Of a DNA stretch of 64,000 nt, positions 44,931 through 52,999 are shown in pieces. Numbering within the stretch: position 1 is the stretch's first letter; each line of letters begins with the position of its first letter. Origin of the DNA: Vicinamibacterales bacterium. GTDB lineage: Bacteria > Acidobacteriota > Vicinamibacteria > Vicinamibacterales > UBA8438. A program made the position numbers and the translations under genes. The stretch lies in assembly GCA_963662835.3 (NCBI GenBank), contig CAXXVU020000002.1:3361327-3425326 (forward strand), in the 5' to 3' direction. The notes beneath the pieces are model-generated. The model was not told the DNA's origin, searched no databases, and saw only the letters and a list, made by a program, of their open reading frames with translations.

Positions 44931-45190
44931 ATGTCGGCGATTCTCGGCATCTCGGCCTTCTACCACGACTCGGCGGCGGCGCTGGCGATCGACGGCGACG
45001 TCGTCGCGGCGGCCCAGGAGGAGCGGTTCACGCGCCGCAGGCACGACCCCGCGTTCCCCGTCCATGCCATCCGCTACTGCCTCGACGCGGCGGGCCTCGC
45101 TCCGGGGGAGCTCGACTACGTCGGCTTCTACGACAAGCCGTTCCTGAAGATCGAGCGCCTGCTGGAGACGTACCTGTCGTACGCCCCGCG
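44931..45190 (+). pseudogene. N-terminal ~85 codons of a carbamoyltransferase (NodU/CmcH family), truncated
   Basis: MSAILGISAFYHDSAAALAIDGDVVAAAQEERFTRRRHD..FP..AIRYCL...YDKPFLKIERLLETYL is the typical start. Homology ends near 45190, where the asnB 3' flank begins. Confidence 0.6.
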
Positions 45191-45292
45191 CGGGCGCGAG
45201 CCCCTTCACCTTCAGGTGCTCGGCGGTCAGGCGTATTCGACGAAGCGCGCGGCAAACGTGTCCTCGAAATCGGCGAAGCTGCCCCCGCACAC

Positions 45293-47236
45293 TCAGCACC
45301 AGCGTCGCCGCCACGCGATCAGCATGAGCACCACCCACAACGGATGGTGCGCGGTCCGGCCGGCGAGGTGGCGGCGCCACGCGTCGCGGATCGGTGCGGG
45401 CCGGAGACCGGCCTCCTCGAGGCGGGAGGATCGGAGCAGGTCTTCCGCCCACTCCCGCAGCGGTCCGCGGAGCCAGTCGTCGAGCGGAACCGAGAATCCG
45501 GCCTTCGGCCGATCGACGAGCCCGGCGGGAACGTAACGATACAGCACCCGGCGCAGGATCCGCTTGGTCACGCCCCGGTGGAGCTTCATCGCGAGAGGCA
45601 GGCGCCACGCCCACTCGACGACGCGGTGATCCAGCAGGGGCGACCGGACCTCGAGACCGGCCGCCATGCCGGCCCGGTCCGCCATCACGAGAATGTCGTC
45701 GGGGAGAAGGCAGGCCTGGTCGTGGAAGAGCGCGCGCTCCGCGATGCCGGGAATCTCCGGTTCGAGCCTTGCGGCTTCGCACGGGATGCGCCCGGGTCCG
45801 GCCCCCGGAGCCAGCTCCTCCGGATGCGGCCACCGGGACAGCATGCCCCAGTAGAGGTCGTCCTGCAGGCGGCCCCGCGAGAGCAGGGCGCCCACCTGGT
45901 GGACCCTCTCGCCGTGGCGCTGGTTCCGCCCCCACGCCGGCAGGACCGGCTCGGCGAGCCGGAAGGCGGCATCCCACCAACCGCCGGGAACGCGGGTGAG
46001 CAACGTGCCCGCCGGGCGCCGCAGGGGCCGCGGCACGGCCGCGAAGACCCTCGACAGGGTGCGCAGCGCCGCATAGTGCCGGTACCCGGCGAAGACCTCG
46101 TCCCCGCCGTCTCCCGACAGTGCGACGGTGACCGACTCGCGCGCCAGGCGCGAGACCAGCAGCGTCGCGATCTGCGTCGAGTCCGCGAACGGCTCGTCGA
46201 ATACCGTGGCCAGGTCCGGAAGCACGCCGCACGCCTCCTCCGCGGAGACGTACCGTTGCCGGTGATCGGTGCCGAGATGCCGTGCGACCGCCTCGGCCGC
46301 CGGGGCTTCGTCGTACTGCTTCTCGTGGAAGCCGATGCTGAAGGTCTTCACCGGCCGCGCGCTCTGCGCCTGCATGAGCGCCGCAACGGCGGACGAGTCG
46401 ATGCCGCCGGACAGGAAGACCCCCACCGGCACGTCCGCGACCATCCGCCGCGCCACCGCGTCCCGGAGCAGCGCGTCGAGCTCGGAGGCCAACTGCTCCG
46501 CCGGTTCGGTCCGCCGCCTGCGCTGCCCCTGGATCGCGACCCGGCGGAGAGACCAGTAGGTCTCGCTCCAGGCCGCCTGCCCGAACCGGAGGCGGCAGAA
46601 GGTGCCGGGCGCCAGCTTCCAGGCACCGCGAAAGATCGTCAGCGGCGCCGGGACGAACCCGAACCGGAGGTACGCGGCGACGGCCGCCGGATCGAGGTCG
46701 CGGCCGAACGCCTCGAGCGCGCAGAAGGCCTTGAGCTCCGACGCGAAGAGCCAGCCGGCTTCCCCGCTGCGGGCCACGTAGAGCGGCTTCTTGCCGAGGC
46801 GGTCGCGTGCGAGGAAGAGGTTGCGCTCCACCCGGTCCCAGATGGCGAGCGCGAACATGCCCCGGAGCCGGCCCAGGGCCGCCCGGACGCCGAAGGCCGC
46901 CACGGCCTCCACGACGGCTTCCGTGTCCGACCTGCCGCGGAACCGGACCCCTCCGCGTTCGAGCTCGGCGCGCAGGTCGCGGTGGTTGTAGATCTCGCCG
47001 TTGAAGACACAGGCGTAGCGTCCGCCGCCCGACAGCATCGGCTGACGGCCCGCCTCGGTGAGATCGAGAATGGACAGGCGGCGGAACCCGAGCGCCATCC
47101 CGCTCTGCGCATCGGTCCAGTGCCCCTGATCGTCGGGCCCGCGGTGGACGAGGGTGGCCGTCATGCGGCGCACGGCGGCCTCGAGCGCCGCGGGATCGCT
47201 GCCGGGCGGGGCGTGCCACCCTACGATGCCGCACAT
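45293..47236 (-). CDS. asnB: Asparagine synthase (glutamine-hydrolysing)
   Basis: MCGIVGW... carries the N-terminal nucleophile Cys. ...FLSGGIDSSAV is the PP-loop. Length is 647 aa. Confidence 0.9.
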   Translation of the reverse strand: MCGIVGWHAPPGSDPAALEAAVRRMTATLVHRGPDDQGHWTDAQSGMALGFRRLSILDLTEAGRQPMLSGGGRYACVFNGEIYNHRDLRAELERGGVRFRGRSDTEAVVEAVAAFGVRAALGRLRGMFALAIWDRVERNLFLARDRLGKKPLYVARSGEAGWLFASELKAFCALEAFGRDLDPAAVAAYLRFGFVPAPLTIFRGAWKLAPGTFCRLRFGQAAWSETYWSLRRVAIQGQRRRRTEPAEQLASELDALLRDAVARRMVADVPVGVFLSGGIDSSAVAALMQAQSARPVKTFSIGFHEKQYDEAPAAEAVARHLGTDHRQRYVSAEEACGVLPDLATVFDEPFADSTQIATLLVSRLARESVTVALSGDGGDEVFAGYRHYAALRTLSRVFAAVPRPLRRPAGTLLTRVPGGWWDAAFRLAEPVLPAWGRNQRHGERVHQVGALLSRGRLQDDLYWGMLSRWPHPEELAPGAGPGRIPCEAARLEPEIPGIAERALFHDQACLLPDDILVMADRAGMAAGLEVRSPLLDHRVVEWAWRLPLAMKLHRGVTKRILRRVLYRYVPAGLVDRPKAGFSVPLDDWLRGPLREWAEDLLRSSRLEEAGLRPAPIRDAWRRHLAGRTAHHPLWVVLMLIAWRRRWC

Positions 47237-47315
47237 GGGATTCCGGCCGCGACGCCGCGCTGCCCGGCGGCGAGGACGGGCCCGGCGGCCCCGGAGGACA
47301 CCGCGGGGCTCCCGC

Positions 47316-48078
47316 TCATCTGCCGCTCAGGGTCGCCACCGTCCACAGTGTCCGCCACGCGATCTCGGCATCCAGCCACAGGCTCTGGTGCTTGATGTAG
47401 TACCGGAACGGACGTCCCGCGCGGCCGAGGCGCTCCTGCCGAAAGAAGACCGGCCGCCCCACGTCCAGCCGGACGCCGAGCGCGAGCAGCGGCGGCAAGG
47501 GCGCCAGCAGCGCGCAGCCGACGCAGCCGGCCGCCAGATCGATCCCGCGCTTCAGCAGCCACGAAGCCGAATCGAAGCGTCCCGCGCGATTGAGCGACGC
47601 CACGACGCGCGTCGGTTCCACGTATCCGAGCGGCAGGCGGCACAGCAACTCTTCGTACATCGCATGGAACGGCGTGACGTCGATCCCGCGTTGGTGGGCG
47701 GACACGACGGTGCGCAGCACCTCGTCCCCGGTCCCGGCGCCGGTCGCCGTCACGATCTCCGCTACGCGGCCGTGAGCGACGAGGCGAGCCGGGCGGCCGT
47801 GCCGGCTCCCAGACGTAGGACGGCGTGAAGCGAATCCCGTCAGCGGCGCTCCACATCCAGAGCGCCACCCCGACGGCGCAGGCCGCCGCGAGGGCATCGC
47901 CGGACCGCAGCAGGGCTCGCAGATGCCAGGTGGCGGGCCGCGGAAGAAGGAACCGGTCCGCCGCGGAATCGCTTCCTTTCGGAATGCCGGCCGAAGGCCT
48001 GTCCGCACCGTCCGCACCACCGGTGTCGAGCGCCGGCACGCGCCCGGAAACGTCCGGTCTGTAAGCTACGAACGTCAA
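47316..48078 (-). pseudogene. Polyprenyl-phosphate sugar phosphotransferase (bacterial sugar transferase), frameshifted with an internal deletion
   Basis: The N-terminal TM part lies in one frame (...ALAAACAVGVALWMW...). The rest is in another (...KRGIDLAAGCVGCALLAPL...GRPVFFRQERLG...). It jumps directly to the C-terminal ...YYIKHQSLWLDAEI and lacks the KFRTM core. Confidence 0.55.
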
Positions 48079-48138
48079 TACCTGAAGACGCTAACCTGGA
48101 GGCCGGCCGAACTGCAAGGATAGAGAGTGCAGTAAATT

Positions 48139-48246
48139 GGGTAGTTCTTTTGGGGGCTGGGTAGTTCGTATTTGTGGGGCTGGGTAGTTCGTATTTGTGG
48201 GGCTGGGTAGTTCCGTCCTGCCGGCCGGGTAGTCCATGGGGTAGTT
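48139..48246 (+). repeat. Array of six direct GGGTAGT(T/C) motifs with ~20-23 bp spacing (iteron-like)
   Basis: Motif starts are at 48139, 48159, 48182, 48205, 48227 (GGGTAGTC) and 48239. Two units are identical 23-mers, ctgggtagttcgtatttgtgggg. Confidence 0.85.
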
Positions 48247-48751
48247 GCGTGGAATAGAAAACGTCGCCGCCCTCGACGCGCGGGCGCCACCCGAGGTCGG
48301 CGTCGAGCAGGTGGCGCTATGCGACACTGATCTCGCGCTGGACGCCGCATCGCTTTCACGAGTGGTTCAACAGCAGAAGAGGCCGGGCCACCGAGGACAC
48401 GTTTCCCACCTGTTACAGGGCGAACAGCTCCCGGAGCATCCGGAGGTACTGTCGATCCAGGGGGCTCACGGTCCGGAGCATCGAATTCCACGAGGGTCGG
48501 CCGGAGTACCTCCGGTTCTCGGCGTTGACCTATCTGGCCGGCTTCGCATATGAGAGACTCGTCAATCGGCACCCGCGTCTCGGGATGTTCCGAGTAGTGA
48601 TGATCGGGATCGTCCAGAAACCATCGCCGCCCCAGGGAACCTCGGATCGGTGCCGGTGAAGCGAACCCCGTCCAGCGCCTCTCGGGATGATCGGGTTGCC
48701 GCAGGTGCCGTGTCGCGGGTATCGCCTCGGGCGTCGAGCGGTGGCTGATCT

Positions 48752-48828
48752 TGGCGCGCCCGGAGGGATTTGAACCCCCGACCTACGGGTTCGAAGCCCG
48801 GCGCTCTATCCATCTGAGCTACGGGCGC
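48752..48828 (-). tRNA. tRNA-Arg (anticodon TCG), CCA encoded
   Basis: The reverse complement is GCGCCCGTAGCTCAGATGGATAGAGCGCCGGGCTTCGAACCCGTAGGTCGGGGGTTCAAATCCCTCCGGGCGCGCCA. The anticodon loop is CTTCGAA. Confidence 0.85.
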
Positions 48829-48924
48829 GCATTTAGAATCAACAACTTACGGTGACGCGGCCGGTACCGCCAGCCGTTTCCGCGTCGCATCGCTCTCCAG
48901 CAGGCGCGAACGCGCGATCGCGGC

Positions 48925-49140
48925 CTAGTGCTCGACCAGTTGGGGCGGCGCGCAAATCATCGTCGTGCTCGGGTGCGTGTGCCCGTACAAATCCTGAATG
49001 TCGGCAACGTCCGTTCCTGTCCGTCGCAGTCCCGCCGCGAACGAGTGCCGAATAGCATACACCGTGAACGCCGGCCGCTGCGCGGGACGTGCCGCCCGGG
49101 CCAGCGCCTTGTTCGCGCTCGGGCAGGACCACGACCCGAT
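48925..49140 (-). pseudogene. C-terminal ~71 codons of a tyrosine integrase, paralogous to 39858-40560
   Basis: ...WSCPSANKALARAARPAQRPAFTVYAIRHSFAAGLRRTGTDVADIQDLYGHTHPSTTMICAPPQL closely parallels the other integrase. Sequence upstream is unrelated and frameshifted. Confidence 0.65.
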
Positions 49141-50331
49141 CGCATCTGGATCTCGAGCAGGGCGAGGCTCTTCGGGCTGAACTGTCGGATCTGCGCGACG
49201 GTGTAGGGCGTGGCGAGGTCCTCGGCGCGCGCCCAGTCGTCGACGTCGCGGCGCATGCTTCAAGGAAAGACGGTGTCGCGGTTCTCGACGCCGAACAACC
49301 ACTCCCAGCGGCAGCGCCCCAGGAACAAGTCGCGCACGGGGCGCGCCCCGTGGTCCGAGGACAGGCCCGAGGGTACGAGGAACCCGAACCGGCCGCCCCG
49401 TCGTTGCGCCCGGGCGGCGCCGGCGGCGTCGACGGGCGGTCGCGGCGGAGTGTGCGGACCTGGCCGGCAGCCTCGTCGACCTCGCCGGCGCGACTGGCCT
49501 GCCCCTGCGTGTAGCCTTGCCGGCGGGCTTCGGCGACATCCTGAACGAGCTTGGCGGCGAGGTGTTCGCACCTTCGCTTCTCGGCGAGGCAGCCCTGGCG
49601 CGCCCTGTCCCGACCGGCGGTCGCCTGGTCGCGCTCGGTTTCCGCTGCGACGCGCGCCTCGTCGGCCGCGCGAGCGTGCTCGAGCGCCCGTTCGAAGTGC
49701 GCCTGTGTCGGCGGCGCTGCCTTGCGGAGATTCTCAATCTCTCGCAGGGCTTGGTCCCTGAGGGCGCGAATTCTCGGCAGCAGGAAGTCCGTGTTCCGAA
49801 GCTGCAGTTCCGAATGAGCCCATTCAGACTGCGTGCTCCGCAGCTTCGCGCACGCGCATCGCGAATCTGGTCGCAATCCTTCCGGGCCTCGTCGCGTTCA
49901 CGCGCCAGCTCGCTCAGTAACCGCTCCAAGTCGGCGCATTCAGCTTCGGCCTCCGTGCCCTTCACCACCGCCTGGGCCCGCTCGTCGACCGCCACGGCTC
50001 GCTCCGCTTCCGCGCTCGCCGCCATAGTGACCGCGCGGTCACGGTCTGCCTCGGCCTCGCGCTGTCGCCGGACTGCACCGTCGCGCTCACGATCTTTCGC
50101 CTGCGACCACGCGAAACCTGATTCGATCGGTCCCGAGGGCCAGCACGACGTCGGCACTAGAGGCGCGCGAAACCCGGCCGCGAAAGTTCCGCGAAAAAGC
50201 GGGATCCGAGTGTGGACTATGTCAACACGGCGTTGGAGGAGGGGTTACAGCGCGGGCGCCACGTCAGCGGCGATTTCAAGCAGGTGCCCGGCGACCCGGT
50301 GCTGCAGATAGGCCGTCGCCGGGACGGAGCG

Positions 50332-50946
50332 TCAGCCGAATAGCCGTCGAAGCCAATCTACGAACTGTGTCGCGAGTGGGTCCGTTGCATTCAGGTCGCC
50401 CGCGCGGATGGCCGCACCCATCTTCCGCGGCTCGGCCCGCGTCGCCAGCCAAGCGTGGATCTTGGCTCGCAGAATCTTCCCGTTCGCAAACTGGCGTTGA
50501 TCGGCCGGGATGGCGTCGATGTAGCGCCCTGCACTAGGCCAGATGGGGTCGCCGGGCGGCATCAATCTCTCAATGAAGTTCTCAAGTTCGCCGGTCGACC
50601 GGTTGTCGGGCATCAACCAGACTCCCACCCGCGGCGTGCCGTCAACGACGGTTCCAGCCTGCGGAGTTGGCGGCGGCGGCAAGTTGATGGCGGCCCCCCG
50701 CAGTTGGTGGCGTATCGAGTCCCAGCGTGCGTTGAAGTCGTCGTTGGCGTCAACCAGAATTCCAAGGGCGGTTCTCCCAGGAACCTTGAGTTCGGGACCG
50801 ATTGAGTCCCTGAGATTCGGGAACCCCTTCTTGTCGCTGATTTCGAAGTTCGGCATGTGCTGATGGCGATCAAGAAGGCGCCGGACCACGTGCTCGTCAT
50901 CTATGCCTTCAACGAGCAGGAGCCGCCCGGGTGGTTCGTCGGCCAT
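50332..50946 (-). CDS. Small Toprim-like protein (DUF3226/DUF4276-type by recollection), partner of the upstream ABC ATPase
   Basis: The N-terminus is ...RLLLVEGIDDEHVVRRLL, with a conserved Glu. ...LGILVDANDD... carries a DxD. The motif ...GVWLMPDN..G.LE.F follows. It lies 6 nt downstream of the ATPase stop. Confidence 0.6.
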   Translation of the reverse strand: MADEPPGRLLLVEGIDDEHVVRRLLDRHQHMPNFEISDKKGFPNLRDSIGPELKVPGRTALGILVDANDDFNARWDSIRHQLRGAAINLPPPPTPQAGTVVDGTPRVGVWLMPDNRSTGELENFIERLMPPGDPIWPSAGRYIDAIPADQRQFANGKILRAKIHAWLATRAEPRKMGAAIRAGDLNATDPLATQFVDWLRRLFG

Positions 50947-50952
50947 AGTGGA

Positions 50953-52107
50953 CTACCTGACCTCGATGCCTTGGTCGGCCACCGTTGCGAGCTCCGTCTC
51001 CGTGTACTCGACCGCCTGCACCTGATCGTCGTCGCGCTCAAGGCGCAAGTAGACGCCCAACGCTTCGTCGGACTCGATCGCTGCCCGCGCGAAACCAGTC
51101 ACGCAGTCGCTGCTATGGGTGGTTGCCAGCACCTGCACGTTGTATTGATGCGCGGCACGCAGAATCATGTGCCAGAAGTCTCGCTGGACGGAGTAGTGGA
51201 TCCCGTTCTCCGCTTCGTCGACGACCAGGAAGCCGTCTTTGCTGTTGGCCAACGCGAGCGCGGCAGCGAACAGGCGCGTGATGCCGTCGCCGAGGCTCTT
51301 CAGAGGAACGGGCCGCGCATGCTCCCGCAGCTTCGCAACCACGCGGCGGCCGACCACGCGGTAGCGGGCGTCGTCATCGGCGACCACTGCAATGCGCTCG
51401 ATTTCGTCACCCGTTAGGCGCAGGGCGCGCAGCGCGAGGTCTTCTTCCTCGGTGAGAGTCACACTGTCCCAGAAGCGGGCGAGCATGTTGTTGCCCGGCA
51501 GTCCCGGTCCAAGGGACTCGCAATTGATGACCTGCCACTTCCCCTCATCGAACAGGCTGGGCTGCATGCTCCGAGTATAGCGACGCCGCGACCAACCAGC
51601 CCTCGAATCACTCACTCCAGCTAGCCATGGCAGCAGCCTCACCTTGTCGCGGTACACGACCCTTAAGGCTCGGACATCGGCCTCCGTGGAGAGATCGGCG
51701 AACAGCGCTCTCTGCTCCGACGACCAGTCGCCCGGCGTGGACACCTCGATGCGGAGGTCGTCGGCGACCGAGTTCGGACCGATCGTGACAGGCCGTTGCG
51801 GCGTGGCGGTCCGGTCGTGAAACAGGGCGGCGTAGTCTGGAGAAACGCCAGCATGATCCTCATCGAGCGGTGTGACGAATTCCTCGCGCTGGCCCAGCAA
51901 TTCCTGAAGCGTGCTCAGGCTTCCCCGTGCCGCGTAGGCTCTCACCGCCTCGAGGACGGTCGTCTTGCCCACCCCGTTTCGGCCGCCGAGCAACGTAACA
52001 CGACCAAGTCGCCTGATCGACAAGTGGTCGATGCCTCGGAAATTGCTGATCGACAAGTCTGGCAGGTGCAGGTCGCTGGTGGGTTCTTCAGACATCCGTT
52101 TCCCCAT
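50953..52107 (-). CDS. ABC-type (AAA_15/AAA_21-like) ATPase
   Basis: ISNFRGIDHLSI...LLGGRNGVGKTTVLEA is the Walker A. LKSLGDGITRLF is signature-like. FLVVDEAENGIH is the Walker B. LATTHS is the H-loop. Confidence 0.8.
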   Translation of the reverse strand: MGKRMSEEPTSDLHLPDLSISNFRGIDHLSIRRLGRVTLLGGRNGVGKTTVLEAVRAYAARGSLSTLQELLGQREEFVTPLDEDHAGVSPDYAALFHDRTATPQRPVTIGPNSVADDLRIEVSTPGDWSSEQRALFADLSTEADVRALRVVYRDKVRLLPWLAGVSDSRAGWSRRRYTRSMQPSLFDEGKWQVINCESLGPGLPGNNMLARFWDSVTLTEEEDLALRALRLTGDEIERIAVVADDDARYRVVGRRVVAKLREHARPVPLKSLGDGITRLFAAALALANSKDGFLVVDEAENGIHYSVQRDFWHMILRAAHQYNVQVLATTHSSDCVTGFARAAIESDEALGVYLRLERDDDQVQAVEYTETELATVADQGIEVR

Positions 52108-52562
52108 TAGTCTACAGGGTGGAGACGGCGCGAGAGATCGTGGGGTCGCGGATCGAGCTGCAGGCGCCGCTCTGGCGCGCTGCCGGGCCTCGTCAAGGCC
52201 CCCGCGCAGCTTCTACCAAGCGTGATTTTGCCGCCCTGGCCGGGACGAAGCCGGACACGGGGTTGTTCGCCTGGGACACGCGTCCCTCGGAAGGCGACCC
52301 GGCGGACGCGCCGTAGCAGCGGATACAACCTGTCCCCGGGGCTCGCTGCCGCGCGCAGCCGTTCCGACGCCAACTCGTGCCGCAGAAGCGGACCCAACGC
52401 TGCGGGCTCCCGGCGCGTGACCTCCAGCAGCGGCAGCGCCTCTCGCTCGAGCAGGCCGAGCATCTCGTAGAGCCTGTCCACCACGGTGTCGATCCGTGCC
52501 TGCCCGCTCAACTCGTCGAACGTCTCGCGGACGTGCGCCGGGATCGGTCTGCGGTCGTGCAT
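52107..52562 (-). CDS. Hypothetical ORF overlapping the ATPase start (TAATG). The C-terminal half is compositionally dubious.
   Basis: The N-terminal ~85 aa look protein-like (MHDRRPIPAHVRETFDELSGQARIDTVVDRLYEMLGLLEREALPLLE...). The remainder is R/P/G-rich. An upstream segment in another frame may belong to it. Confidence 0.3.
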   Translation of the reverse strand: MHDRRPIPAHVRETFDELSGQARIDTVVDRLYEMLGLLEREALPLLEVTRREPAALGPLLRHELASERLRAAASPGDRLYPLLRRVRRVAFRGTRVPGEQPRVRLRPGQGGKITLGRSCAGALTRPGSAPERRLQLDPRPHDLSRRLHPVD

Positions 52563-52920
52563 GCAGGTTCACCAGCTCGGTGGCGGCGTGCTCCAGCCGC
52601 ACGAACAACCAGGGCAGGGATGAGTTGTCTCCTCGAACCCAGGGCGCGCCAGGGAGAAGCGTGGCGCGCTCGTGTGACGCACTGGTACCGTCGTGTTCGA
52701 ATGAAGGTGGACCGCGGGGTCGCTGCGATAGGAGCCCAATGAGGTTGTGCCGCCCGGGGACCTCATTTCGGACCAGGGGCGCACCGCTCACCGATTGCGG
52801 GCGTCCCGTACTGCCAGCCGTTGGGGTGCTACCAGCCGTTTTCTGACCCGTGCAGACCTCTTGGGAACCCCATCCTTCCCAACAAATCCGGGGTTTCTTG
52901 GGTTTTCTGGTGAATCCGGA

Positions 52921-52967
52921 ACGGGTTCGAAGCCCGGCGCTCTATCCATCTGAGCTACGGGCGCGCA
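52921..52967 (-). pseudogene. Partial tRNA-Arg (TCG): 5' 44 nt plus 3 upstream nt, a direct repeat of 48785-48831
   Basis: I find a 47/47 identity by direct comparison. The sequences diverge just 3' of the anticodon stem. Confidence 0.85.
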
Positions 52968-52999
52968 GGCGGCCATCGTACCACTTGCCGCGCGATCCG

